From the IMG/VR virus record IMGVR_UViG_2698536477_000006: DNA of 35,072 nucleotides, one strand, 5' to 3'. Below are positions 8,504-17,721 of this stretch, piece by piece. This stretch comes from a virus. Its lineage: Duplodnaviria > Heunggongvirae > Uroviricota > Caudoviricetes. The notes under the pieces are model-generated. The model was given only the letters and a program-made list of their open reading frames with translations. It did not search any database and was not told the DNA's origin. Positions within the stretch are counted from its first letter, which is position 1, and every line of letters starts with the position of its first letter. A program made the translations under genes and the position numbers.

Positions 8504-9832
8504 CTATAAATCAATTAGTTCAAAATTATCATCAATATCTAGAGTACCAATATTGATGGAAATTGTAGAGTTTACTGTACTTCTGATAAAAGTTAATAGC
8601 CCTATGAGTTTAGGCATTAATTCCTCATCAATACCACCCCTCACTACAGCTATAATTTCTCCTTGTGTTATATCTTCCCGCTCTAAAAACTTTTCAAGCT
8701 GTTGGATAGCAGAAAATAAGCGAGTCCTCATTGAGATCAATAAACCCCGAGAAGAAAAGCTTTTAATTTCCACAGCAATAACATCACTTTCTTTTTTAAC
8801 TATTAAATCTATAGTTGGCCTACATCCCAAAGAGGGTGACAGGTCAACTTCGAATCCATTTCTTATGTAAAATTCCGCAACAGATTTTTCGGCCAAATGT
8901 TCTATTGCAATTGGATTTTGGGATTGATAACTATATATAATTTGATTGCGGTCTTCCTCATCAAGATCAATCTCCCCTAGCTTGTTTATTGCACCATTGA
9001 GGATTTCTTTTACTTGGTTTGATAAACTTCTTATTTCACAAAAATCCTGTTTAGTTAAAAATCTGTTATGTGCAACCTTATTTCTCAATTTGTAAAGTCG
9101 CTCCCATTTTCTTTCAAGATGTTGCGAGTTCTCCTCCAGGAGAGTAGAGAAATACTTCTCCCAATTTGATTTGGGTACATATTTAAGTATTTTATTTTTA
9201 TCGGACTCATCAAAATTCGTTTTGATAAGAATCCTATCAAGCTCATCCAGAGTTATATCTCTCTTCTTTTGGAACAAAACTTCTGATAGATTTATGAAAT
9301 CAAGCTTGTAAAGATCATTCAAATACACATCATCTTCTTCAAATTTTTCGATTTTTTTCACTAAGTCTGGATGAATGGCTTCCTTTGACCAAGCCATGCC
9401 TACATTAATAAGCATAAATTTACTTATTAATTTCCTCATTACGTTTTCAACATCATTTATTATAGGGTAAGACTTATGCGCATAATATCTTCCAATATCA
9501 TCCCAAAGAATATTTATTACTGTAGATTCAGGGTTTATCCTTTTGCATAATTCTTTTATTTTATCTCCAACCTCAGAAAATTCATCAATTAATTCTTCGC
9601 TTGTGTTTTCCAATGCAATTATGAAATAACGTTCTTTGTTGGATGGGATGTTATTCGTTTCAACATTGAATTTAACCGTAATTAACGGATTCGATCTTGG
9701 GGTTTTCTTATATGTTAGTTTGCGCCCCGTGATTGAGATAAGCGAGTCAATTTTTAGAAAGTCAATAAAAGCTTTTTTACTATTGCAAAAAGAATCATCA
9801 TTTGTGACAAGAACCAAAAATTCAAGTTTCAC
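8504..9832 (-). CDS. Cargo protein at the Z/fun hotspot: uncharacterised 442-aa protein with HEPN-like Rx4H motif and PD-(D/E)xK nuclease-like motif (candidate anti-phage / abortive-infection effector)
   Basis: Long ORF in a markedly AT-rich island between FI and G. RNKVAH at aa 250-255 (nt 9068-9085) fits HEPN Rx4-6H. P-T-I-D-LIV ... VIAV-E-I-K at aa 339-357 (nt 8762-8818) fits a restriction-endonuclease-like D...ExK core. Own terminator downstream. Confidence 0.6.
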   Translation of the reverse strand: MKLEFLVLVTNDDSFCNSKKAFIDFLKIDSLISITGRKLTYKKTPRSNPLITVKFNVETNNIPSNKERYFIIALENTSEELIDEFSEVGDKIKELCKRINPESTVINILWDDIGRYYAHKSYPIINDVENVMRKLISKFMLINVGMAWSKEAIHPDLVKKIEKFEEDDVYLNDLYKLDFINLSEVLFQKKRDITLDELDRILIKTNFDESDKNKILKYVPKSNWEKYFSTLLEENSQHLERKWERLYKLRNKVAHNRFLTKQDFCEIRSLSNQVKEILNGAINKLGEIDLDEEDRNQIIYSYQSQNPIAIEHLAEKSVAEFYIRNGFEVDLSPSLGCRPTIDLIVKKESDVIAVEIKSFSSRGLLISMRTRLFSAIQQLEKFLEREDITQGEIIAVVRGGIDEELMPKLIGLLTFIRSTVNSTISINIGTLDIDDNFELIDL

Positions 9833-10133
9833 TCAAAAACCTCTTTATTTTATCTTCTCAATGGAAGTTGGATGAAAAATGTTATAATATTTAATTCTTT
9901 CTTGGAGTGCATAAAAATACTATTTTCTTTTTTCTGCACAAACTATCTCAACTCATCTAAATAATCATTTTCATACGCACCTACAGACATTAGACCTCCG
10001 AATAAAATTAACGCATCAACTTTTAAATATCTATAACACATGTATAGAAATACTCAAACAAAATTATACACAATTCTCCCTTGCTCGCTCTAATTTGTTC
10101 AACAGATACTATGATATTAACTACATCTGCTCC

Positions 10134-10175
10134 TAGCACAGAGCAGACTGTCAGAGTAGACTTTACTCTGTGCTA
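10134..10175 (-). other. Hairpin (10-bp arms TAGCACAGAG / CTCTGTGCTA, 22-nt loop) just downstream of G
   Basis: Inverted repeat read directly; no U-tract follows, so it is not a canonical intrinsic terminator. Confidence 0.3.
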
Positions 10176-10197
10176 TAGATATGTAAGCTCATACAAC

Positions 10198-10725
10198 TTA
10201 TTGCGGCATTTCCGGCCATTCAGGATTGGCAGGATCCACACGACTGACCAGAACGCTGTAGCGTTCCCATGTTTTAAGTCGGCTACGCTCCTCATCTGTT
10301 GCCATATTCAGCCTGACAGCACGCTCCAGCGGCAAAATCACGGATTCAGCATCTGCTAGAAGTCTGGCTTTCCGATTTTCTCCCTGCTGCTGCAATTCCT
10401 CTGCCGTATAAATTCGTTTAATCACTGTGCCATCCTTAAACATCCAGTTCCCTGAAATGTCCGCCCGTCGGTTAGCAGTAATATCCGTCACTTCAACAAC
10501 ACTTAATCCATCCGGTCTGATAGCTGTCACATCCTTTTCCACATAGCGGATGATATTATCTTTGTCGTACGCTATTTTTATCGTGTCATCAGCAAAATAC
10601 TTTTGTTCTTCGTACCAGTTCTTACCATCTTCTGAAAAAAACCAGACAACATCAAAGTCCTTTGTCAATTGATATTGTTCAACCGTTTTTGGATTACCCG
10701 CCGTAATATTTTTTAAATGCTGCAT
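10198..10725 (-). CDS. G: Tail fibre assembly chaperone G
   Basis: 175 aa; P2 gpG length; directly downstream of the tail fibre gene. Confidence 0.85.
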   Translation of the reverse strand: MQHLKNITAGNPKTVEQYQLTKDFDVVWFFSEDGKNWYEEQKYFADDTIKIAYDKDNIIRYVEKDVTAIRPDGLSVVEVTDITANRRADISGNWMFKDGTVIKRIYTAEELQQQGENRKARLLADAESVILPLERAVRLNMATDEERSRLKTWERYSVLVSRVDPANPEWPEMPQ

Positions 10726-10728
10726 AAA

Positions 10729-12858
10729 TTATACCTGCGCCACGTTATACCATGTCCCGTTAATGTATTTCTGCACCGGTCTGTAATATACGCCACCAAT
10801 GTTATCGGCAGAGTTTGAGCCGGTATCCTGAACAATAATGCCGGTATATACACACCCTGACGGTACCTGATGTGTCCATGTCATGCCATTGTTCGCAGGT
10901 TTGTATGTGGCGGCACCACCAAGCCGGATATCCCGGACATAGCGGGAGTCAAAGTTACCGTAATCTGTGGGATTAACACGCCCCGTAATATTTATGGTTT
11001 TATTACTTTGAATGCTACCGGAGACAAAGCGCATAACATGAACGTTATTAGCATAAACATCCAGATTACCGTCGCCATTTTGTTTAAAGCCTGTGTCATT
11101 ATCACCCAAAACAATCGAGTTACCGCCAAGAGCACTGGATGTTCCGATGCCCAGTGCACCATTCAATTGACCTCCAGATAATGGCAACGCCCCAACATCA
11201 GCAGCAGTCGGTTTAATGTGCGAACTGTAAATTACATATACAGTTCCATCTGTCAGGCCTGTTGGTTTATTCGCTGTATAAGATGGTGATGTATGAATCG
11301 TTACGCTGGCGTTACTGGTATAATCCCACTGAATATTAACACCTGTGGCGTAATTACCTATTTCAACATAAACATCATAGGTATCACCGGATGTATTCAC
11401 CCATGCAAAATTAGTAAATCCAACCGATGTCCGTCGCCATAACGCACCAGTAAGACCTTTTGGATTTCCATTTCCCGCACGAAGAACAAGTTCAGATATA
11501 CCAGCCTGCATAGGGGAGTTAACATTATATCCAGCACCACCAATCAGACTTATGTAAACCACGGAACTGGCCTGTGGCATGGTTACAGTTGCCAGCCTGA
11601 ACCATCCTGTACCACCACTAAAAGACATGGTTGTTGAATTTGTTGCACCAATATTGCGCAGGAATAATCTTTTATCAGGAATATCCGCACCGTTCTGATC
11701 TTTCTGAAGACGTTTCTCAGCATTGTCATAGGCAGACTTCACCGCTTTTGGTGTTGCGGCGAGCGTTTCAGACGTGCTGTTAGTCGCACTACTGAGCTGA
11801 ACAAGGCCTTTTCGCGCCGTGGTGGCATCCTGCGCAGTATATTTCCCGTTAGCAAGGTCATACGCGACCTTTACCGCCTTTGGTGTTGCCGCAAGCGTTT
11901 CTGAATCGCTGTTGGTGGCGCTACTGAGCTGGACAAGACCTTTTCGCGCCGTGGTGGCATCCTGTGCGGTATATTTCCCGTTAGCGAGGTCATATGCTGC
12001 CTTTACCGCCTTTGGCGTTGCCGCAAGCGTTTCAGAATCGCTGTTGGTGGCGCTACTGAGCTGAGCAAGCCCTTTTCGCGCTGTGGTGGCGTCCTGTGCA
12101 GTGTATTTCCCGTTAGCAAGGTCATATGCTGTCTTTACTGCTTTTGGCGTTGCGGCGAGCGTTTCAGACGTGCTGTTAGTCGCACTACTGAGCTGAACAA
12201 GGCCTTTTCGCGCCGTGGTGGCATCCTGCGCAGTATATTTCCCGTTAGCAAGGTCATATGCGGCCTTTACCGCTTTCGGCGTTGCGGCCAGTGTTTCAGA
12301 CGTGCTGTTGGTCGCACTGCTTAACTGAGTAAAACCTTTTGCGGTCAGCGAGGCGTCCGGGTGACGTCGTGACTGTTCGTGCTCTGCAATTTTGTCATCA
12401 ACGTAATCCTGCGTCGCCATCACCGTTGTGGTGTCAATGGTCAGCGCCACTGAGGCCACACTGCTGACGATGATGACCATGCGACAGGTCTGCGAACGCC
12501 CTGAGCCTTCGGCAAGAGCTGGCTTATAACTTTCGGCCATGTTCGCCACGGCAATTAATGTTCCCGCATCATCGTACAGGCCAAGCTCACGCATCCAGAA
12601 ACCGCCCACCTCCGGCGGAATAACCAGCTCTGCGATAATATAATTACTGTTTCGTTTGTCCTGACTGATTTTGTTCAGCGCATGTCGCCAGACTTCGTGG
12701 ATAAGCCCGGTCTGTCCGGCATCCGGGACAGGCAATTTACCACCGCCATCCCCGACGGCCATCGTGGTAATGTTGACCTTCCGCCCTCCCGGTGCGGTTG
12801 CCGCTGCCAGCTTTGCTGCACCGGCAGTGGTGATAACGGTTTTGAATTTTGTGCTCAT
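10729..12858 (-). CDS. H: Tail fibre protein H (conserved P2-type N-terminus, repeat-containing shaft, divergent C-terminal receptor-binding region)
   Basis: 709 aa; N-terminus MSTKFKTVITTAGAAKLAAA... is the P2 gpH type; internal 44-aa tandem repeats; Gly/Ser/Thr-rich C-terminal half. Confidence 0.9.
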   Translation of the reverse strand: MSTKFKTVITTAGAAKLAAATAPGGRKVNITTMAVGDGGGKLPVPDAGQTGLIHEVWRHALNKISQDKRNSNYIIAELVIPPEVGGFWMRELGLYDDAGTLIAVANMAESYKPALAEGSGRSQTCRMVIIVSSVASVALTIDTTTVMATQDYVDDKIAEHEQSRRHPDASLTAKGFTQLSSATNSTSETLAATPKAVKAAYDLANGKYTAQDATTARKGLVQLSSATNSTSETLAATPKAVKTAYDLANGKYTAQDATTARKGLAQLSSATNSDSETLAATPKAVKAAYDLANGKYTAQDATTARKGLVQLSSATNSDSETLAATPKAVKVAYDLANGKYTAQDATTARKGLVQLSSATNSTSETLAATPKAVKSAYDNAEKRLQKDQNGADIPDKRLFLRNIGATNSTTMSFSGGTGWFRLATVTMPQASSVVYISLIGGAGYNVNSPMQAGISELVLRAGNGNPKGLTGALWRRTSVGFTNFAWVNTSGDTYDVYVEIGNYATGVNIQWDYTSNASVTIHTSPSYTANKPTGLTDGTVYVIYSSHIKPTAADVGALPLSGGQLNGALGIGTSSALGGNSIVLGDNDTGFKQNGDGNLDVYANNVHVMRFVSGSIQSNKTINITGRVNPTDYGNFDSRYVRDIRLGGAATYKPANNGMTWTHQVPSGCVYTGIIVQDTGSNSADNIGGVYYRPVQKYINGTWYNVAQV
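11719..12345 (-). repeat. About five tandem in-frame 132-nt (44-aa) repeats inside the tail fibre gene
   Basis: Protein motif QLSSATNS(T/D)SETLAATPKAVKxAYDLANGKYTAQDATTARKGLx recurs with 44-aa period from about aa 174 to 378; the nucleotide copies are near-identical with a few substitutions. Confidence 0.85.
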
Positions 12859-12868
12859 TATTCCTCAC

Positions 12869-13399
12869 TTATCCGGGGTAAACCGTAATTACATCGCCGT
12901 CGTAAGCCACACCACCGGCGAACAGGTAGCCGGGAATGTCCCGGGTAATGTTCAGGCCAATAAGGTGGCTGCTTGCAGGTTTGGCATCAGCAATCAGCCG
13001 TTCCATTTCCTGATACATTGCCTCTGTGATGCCACTTTCCAGTACACCAATATCAAGCCGGAAGGTGCCGGGCGGGTCACTGTTTTCCCACCACTCCGTC
13101 ACGTTGATGAGATAGCCGAGCGGCTCCACCACACGCCGGATTGCACCTATAGTGCCTTTATGACAGTGGATGAAATACGCATCGCGGATAACGGCGCGTT
13201 TTGTCGCTTCCGGCCACTTTTCATCCCACCTGTCGACCGAAAACGCCCACGCCAGCCACGGCAGCAGATTTGCCGGACAGGTGTCCGGGTTCCACAGCTC
13301 ACGAATACTGACCGGCGTTTTTTCAATTTCCGCACAGGCTTTTGCGGCGGCGACCTCAAGCGGTGATGAGCCGGTCGGCAGCAGTCGCGAATCACTCAT
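12869..13399 (-). CDS. I: Baseplate assembly protein I
   Basis: 176 aa; P2 gpI length and position. Confidence 0.9.
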   Translation of the reverse strand: MSDSRLLPTGSSPLEVAAAKACAEIEKTPVSIRELWNPDTCPANLLPWLAWAFSVDRWDEKWPEATKRAVIRDAYFIHCHKGTIGAIRRVVEPLGYLINVTEWWENSDPPGTFRLDIGVLESGITEAMYQEMERLIADAKPASSHLIGLNITRDIPGYLFAGGVAYDGDVITVYPG

Positions 13400-14300
13400 C
13401 CGAGCCTCCGGTCACGACGCGGTATTCGGTACAGAAAGACGCCTGCGTACTGTTGAGCACGATGTCGGCCAGTGGTGCAGCCAGTTCGACACGCTGCACA
13501 CCTTCCACATGCAAAGCGGCATAAATGGCAGACAGACGGATGTCGCGCCCCAGCCGGTGCTGTGCCGTGATATACGCTTCCAGTTTTTTCACGGCGGCAG
13601 CGCGAATGGGTTCGCTTTCGGGACCAGGGTAAAGGTAAAGCGTGGCGTTTATCTGGTATTCAACGATGGCGGCAGACTGCACGGTCACGCGGTCGGCCAC
13701 CGGCCTGACGTCCTCGCCATTAAGGGCGTTACGCACCACCGCCAGCAGGTCTTCGGATGCGACACCGTTATTTTCACGTGACAGCACAGAGATGGTGACG
13801 CAGGCCGGAGACGGACTGGTTACAGAAATATCCGCGACACGCCCGTCGGCACTGCGACCATGATACTGATAAGCACCCACCGACCCGGCGACGCTTAAGC
13901 CCTCAAACGCCTGCTGAATACGCAGACGATAATCGGTGTCAGATTCCATCACTGCCGGTGTCGGCGGGAGGGTCGAATCATCTGCCGGGGTGATAATCAG
14001 GCGCGTGGTGTTGTAATTGGCACCAATCACATCAAGGTCATTACCGGCGGCACAGGCCAGCATTACCGCCCGTGCGGCCTCATTCACACGCTGACGCCAG
14101 ATAAGCTCACGATAAGCATTTTCCTCCAGCAGTTTGACGAGAGGCTCGGATTCCAGCGTCAGGGTACGGGCGACCGCCTCCTGCTGGTCTTCCGGGTAAA
14201 GGGAAATCAGTGTCGCCTTGCGTTCGGCAAGAATGGTTTCAAAGTCCAGCTCCTCGACCACATCCGGTGCAGGTAGCTGGTTCAGGTCGATAATCGGCAT
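13392..14300 (-). CDS. J: Baseplate assembly protein J
   Basis: 302 aa; P2 gpJ length and position. Confidence 0.9.
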   Translation of the reverse strand: MPIIDLNQLPAPDVVEELDFETILAERKATLISLYPEDQQEAVARTLTLESEPLVKLLEENAYRELIWRQRVNEAARAVMLACAAGNDLDVIGANYNTTRLIITPADDSTLPPTPAVMESDTDYRLRIQQAFEGLSVAGSVGAYQYHGRSADGRVADISVTSPSPACVTISVLSRENNGVASEDLLAVVRNALNGEDVRPVADRVTVQSAAIVEYQINATLYLYPGPESEPIRAAAVKKLEAYITAQHRLGRDIRLSAIYAALHVEGVQRVELAAPLADIVLNSTQASFCTEYRVVTGGSDE

Positions 14301-14304
14301 GGTT

Positions 14305-14652
14305 TCAACTCACAGGGATGGTTAACGAAAGTGGCTGGCCGGTGTCGTTGTGCTGGCCGGTCAAAGTGACAGTCATTCGCCCGTCAAAACCGCGCTCAGT
14401 GGTGACGGATGACAGGGTGATGCGGGGTTCCCATTTCAGCACCGCCATGTAACAGGCGACCTTAATCTGCAACTCAAGCGCCGGGGTCTGCGGCTGGTCA
14501 ATCATTGACGCCAGCAACGAGCCGTAATCACGACGCATCACCCGTGAGCCGACCGGTGTGCGCAGGATATCGCCGATACTCTGGCTGATATGCTCAAGGT
14601 CAGTGACAGTCAGGCCATCACTGCGATTCATTCCGAGATAACGCGCTGTCAT
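14305..14652 (-). CDS. W: Baseplate protein W
   Basis: 115 aa; P2 gpW length and position. Confidence 0.9.
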   Translation of the reverse strand: MTARYLGMNRSDGLTVTDLEHISQSIGDILRTPVGSRVMRRDYGSLLASMIDQPQTPALELQIKVACYMAVLKWEPRITLSSVTTERGFDGRMTVTLTGQHNDTGQPLSLTIPVS

Positions 14653-15284
14653 AGAGGGCTCCCGGTTGTGCCGCCGCTGTCGCCGGGGTGTTTATGGGTA
14701 TGCAGTACCTTACCGTTTGATGAGAGTTCACCGCCGGTGTGTTCAATGTTGCCGCGCATCGTCCCGCCCTTCTGCACTTCCAGCGTGCCGGTAATCAGCC
14801 TGTTGGTGCAGACCACCTCCGGTGTGTCCAGGGTGACGCGGGTTGATGCTTTCACCATGACCACCGGCACCGTGGCAGTAACAGAATCAGAAGCCGTCAC
14901 GCTGGCCGTTTTAATTCCGCTTACCGTGAGTGCACTGGTTTCGGGTTCATACTCAATCACCGCCCCGTCAGGGAAACGGATATGCAGGGCATCCGCCGAC
15001 GCAGACGGCGCGGGGTTATCGCCGGAATAAATCCCCGGCAGAACAAACGCCGTGTCAAGTTCACCGCCCACGGCCAGAATCAGCACCTGCTCCCCCACGG
15101 AAGGTGCCCACCATGTGCGCGAGCGCCCGGCACGACAGGTCAGCCACTGAAGCCAGTCGGTGCACATGCCGCCGGTCTGCACACGGCAGCGACCGGCTTT
15201 AAGGTTGGTTTCGACGACAAGGCCGGTACGAATCATGTTGCGCAGTGCGCGCGCGAGTTCCTGGATATTTGCGAGAGTGTTCAT
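14649..15284 (-). CDS. V: Baseplate spike / assembly protein V
   Basis: 211 aa; P2 gpV length and position; 4-nt overlap with W. Confidence 0.9.
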   Translation of the reverse strand: MNTLANIQELARALRNMIRTGLVVETNLKAGRCRVQTGGMCTDWLQWLTCRAGRSRTWWAPSVGEQVLILAVGGELDTAFVLPGIYSGDNPAPSASADALHIRFPDGAVIEYEPETSALTVSGIKTASVTASDSVTATVPVVMVKASTRVTLDTPEVVCTNRLITGTLEVQKGGTMRGNIEHTGGELSSNGKVLHTHKHPGDSGGTTGSPL

Positions 15285-15296
15285 AACGGGAAGGAT

Positions 15297-15318
15297 GCCG
15301 CCGGGTCATACCGGCGGC
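15297..15318 (-). other. Stem-loop (GCCGCCGG-GTCATA-CCGGCGGC) in the S-V intergenic region, where the late promoter P_V is expected
   Basis: 8-bp GC-rich inverted repeat read directly; no U-tract; function unclear. Confidence 0.3.
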
Positions 15319-15350
15319 AATGTAACGATGAGGTGTCGGGAATGGCACAA

Positions 15351-15803
15351 CTAACGGTCGAGGTGAGCCAGGATAATCTCTTCAATCATCTGCACATCCT
15401 CACCGGTAAAGCCGAGCAGAGGACGCGCCGGATAATCAATTTTCTTACCGTCTTTCCGGGTTTCTTCCGACAGACCGAACTGATGCACACTGGCGATTTT
15501 CGGTGACTTCCCGCCGTAAAACTCCATTGATGCCTGTTCAGGGCTGGCGCGGATATGCAAAAAACGACTGGTGATAAGTTTCGCAAACATTTTTCGCTTA
15601 ACGCGACCGGTCTTTTTTCTGGCGCTCTGCTGCTGGCGTGGCACGTAGGGGGTGCCGTCCGGGGCTTTCTGTGCCATCACCCGACGCTGCTGACTCTGCC
15701 GCAGACGTTTCGCCAGTTCGGCACTCAGTCGCCGACGCCCTGACGGTGACAGCGATTCAATAAGTCCGGTCAGCCGGTCTTCAAAACGCTTAAACTCATT
15801 CAT
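15351..15803 (-). CDS. S: Tail completion protein S
   Basis: 150 aa; P2 gpS length and position. Confidence 0.9.
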   Translation of the reverse strand: MNEFKRFEDRLTGLIESLSPSGRRRLSAELAKRLRQSQQRRVMAQKAPDGTPYVPRQQQSARKKTGRVKRKMFAKLITSRFLHIRASPEQASMEFYGGKSPKIASVHQFGLSEETRKDGKKIDYPARPLLGFTGEDVQMIEEIILAHLDR

Positions 15804-16263
15804 CCCACTTGCTCACCAGTTCGCCATTGATATAAAGCTCCATCGGGCGGGTGACGGGCTCCGGCGGCGTGGGTTCCGGGATATTCTTCACATGCAGCGC
15901 GCCGTCAACCTCACTGACCAGCGTGCGCTCGGTCAGCATCAGGCTGATACTGATATCAAAGCTGCTGTCATTGTTGATGTCCGCATAAAACGTGAAGCCC
16001 TTTTTCTGGCCTTCGTCGGTGGTCATGATGTCGGGCTGATTTTCCCGCAGCCACGCCAGCACCGGCACGATGAGCAGGTCAAAATCACCGGTAAAGTCGG
16101 TCACAATGACATTGAGCGTGTAACGCTTTTCAAATGACAGCGACGTCGCCAGTGTGGAGGCAATACTCCCGTTATCCACGAATATCCGCAGCATCTCGGG
16201 ACTGGTTTTCAGCACCGTGACGGCATCAGTCAGCGCCCTGCGCAGGCTGTCGGGTTTGAGCAT
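15796..16263 (-). CDS. R: Tail completion protein R
   Basis: 155 aa; P2 gpR length and position. Confidence 0.9.
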   Translation of the reverse strand: MLKPDSLRRALTDAVTVLKTSPEMLRIFVDNGSIASTLATSLSFEKRYTLNVIVTDFTGDFDLLIVPVLAWLRENQPDIMTTDEGQKKGFTFYADINNDSSFDISISLMLTERTLVSEVDGALHVKNIPEPTPPEPVTRPMELYINGELVSKWDE

Positions 16264-16516
16264 CGTTTTCGTCCTGACAGTGTTTAATCATTTTTACCTG
16301 GCTGGCACAACGTGCCAGCGCGTTCTCAAGCTGCCTGATATCAGCACTTAAATCGCCGTTCGTCTCCGGGTCACTGCCCGGCATCGGGCAAAGACTCACT
16401 TTCGGGCAGGCGTTGTGGACAATCACTGGCGTCGGTGCAGGCCGGGCGCTGGTGCAACCGGCGCACAGCATCAGGCAGGTCAGCGCCGTACCAGCGGCGA
16501 AAATCTTCGTTTTCAT
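16226..16516 (-). CDS. lysC: LysC, Rz1-like outer-membrane lipoprotein spanin
   Basis: 96-aa product MKTKIFAAGTALTCLMLCAGC... with lipobox L-C-A-G-C; lies in an alternate frame overlapping the 3' part of lysB and the start of R; internal start chosen at the signal peptide. Confidence 0.7.
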   Translation of the reverse strand: MKTKIFAAGTALTCLMLCAGCTSARPAPTPVIVHNACPKVSLCPMPGSDPETNGDLSADIRQLENALARCASQVKMIKHCQDENDAQTRQPAQGAD

Positions 16517-16796
16517 TAAGTAACCTCGTGATGGTTTTCTCGCGCTGTGCTTCACGCTTCGCGGCGTTCTCCAGTTCCTGACGCAGTGCCACCTGCGCCA
16601 GCTCGTTTTTGTCTGCCCTGGTGAGCGCAACATGAAGCTGATTTTTCAGCATGGTGATGGTCGTCTGCTGTTCACTGGCGACGTTATTCGCCCTGTCCAG
16701 CGAGGCGCGCAGACTGGCATTTTTGTGTTTCACCAGAAACAGACCGGCCACCGCCAGCGATAACAACACAACCAGCACAGTCATCAGCTTTGACAT
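16371..16796 (-). CDS. lysB: LysB, Rz-like inner-membrane spanin
   Basis: 141 aa; N-terminal transmembrane segment then charged coiled-coil; P2 LysB length. Confidence 0.85.
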   Translation of the reverse strand: MSKLMTVLVVLLSLAVAGLFLVKHKNASLRASLDRANNVASEQQTTITMLKNQLHVALTRADKNELAQVALRQELENAAKREAQREKTITRLLNENEDFRRWYGADLPDAVRRLHQRPACTDASDCPQRLPESESLPDAGQ

Positions 16797-17209
16797 GGTT
16801 CCCGCCCCTCAAAACGCTGACGACAGGCCGTACGTATCAGCCGGAATAACAGCGCCGCCACGAGATAAATCAGCGCGGTAAAAATCCACCCGGCAGCGAC
16901 CAGCGAGATAAACGTCGCCACCATCACCACCAGACCCATCGCCCGTCTGCACCACGTCACCGGCTGCAAATACAGCGACGTGACAATCTTCACGGCCAGC
17001 GATTCCGGCGGAAGCTCCCGCCCGTAGCGTTCAAGTACATACTCTGTGGCATACACGCCGACACCACCGGCAACCACACAGATAACTGTCGCCAGAATCG
17101 CCCAGGCGGCGACAAAACTGACGGCCACGCTCTGCGGGTAAATCAGGGACAGTGCCAGCATCAGCGCCAGCGACACGTTCAGCATCAGTGAAAGGGATAA
17201 TTTCTTCAT
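16784..17209 (-). CDS. lysA: LysA, membrane protein controlling lysis timing
   Basis: 141 aa with multiple hydrophobic helices; P2 LysA length and position. Confidence 0.85.
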   Translation of the reverse strand: MKKLSLSLMLNVSLALMLALSLIYPQSVAVSFVAAWAILATVICVVAGGVGVYATEYVLERYGRELPPESLAVKIVTSLYLQPVTWCRRAMGLVVMVATFISLVAAGWIFTALIYLVAALLFRLIRTACRQRFEGREPCQS

Positions 17210-17223
17210 GGTGTTTACTCCGT

Positions 17224-17721
17224 TTAAGCCGGTACGCCGCCAGCGGTACGCCAGACGGTGACCAGTTTTTCCAGTGAATGCTCACGCTGACCGTAACCGG
17301 CTCCCGGCAGGGACGCCCAGATATTGCGACAGCGTGAAATGGCGCGCTCAATGCGTCCCTCCCGGATGTCATCCAGTGCACCGCGTTCGCGGATCAACTG
17401 AATGGCAAGTCTGTCCTGTGACAACGGACTGAAATCCGGCAGGGCAAGCTGTTTGCGGTAGTGCGGCCAGAACAGGTAAAGCTGCTGATAGCGACCGGAA
17501 GCCGTGGATTTTTCACCGCGACGGTTAAACACCTTCGCCGGTCGGCCATGCGCGAACGGGTGGTCACTGTAGTCGGTGAATATTTCCGGCTTTCCGTCCA
17601 GTCCGGTGACTATCACGTCATAGCCCCGGTTTTTCGTCAGCGGGTGATTCGCCGTCCCTTCGGACACGGCCAGCATGTCGAGAAAGGCGGCGATATTCTG
17701 ATGCGTGTTAATTACCGGCAT
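17224..17721 (-). CDS. K: Endolysin K (lysozyme)
   Basis: 165 aa; P2 gpK length and position. Confidence 0.9.
   Translation of the reverse strand: MPVINTHQNIAAFLDMLAVSEGTANHPLTKNRGYDVIVTGLDGKPEIFTDYSDHPFAHGRPAKVFNRRGEKSTASGRYQQLYLFWPHYRKQLALPDFSPLSQDRLAIQLIRERGALDDIREGRIERAISRCRNIWASLPGAGYGQREHSLEKLVTVWRTAGGVPA

Noticed and set aside
8316-8870. 184-aa plus-strand ORF overlapping the 3' end of the Z/fun cargo gene
   Set aside because: Antisense to the much longer minus-strand ORF in an AT-rich region where chance ORFs are common; it would run across the cargo gene's terminator; low-complexity, Ser/Ile/Leu-rich translation.
11719-12345. Possible CRISPR array suggested by regularly spaced repeats
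   Set aside because: The repeats are contiguous 132-nt units with no unique spacers, are in frame within the tail fibre CDS, and encode a repeated peptide, so this is tandem protein-coding duplication.
12671-13366. 231-aa plus-strand ORF spanning the H/I junction
   Set aside because: Antisense to two well-supported P2 structural genes; no start-site context; typical GC-rich shadow ORF.
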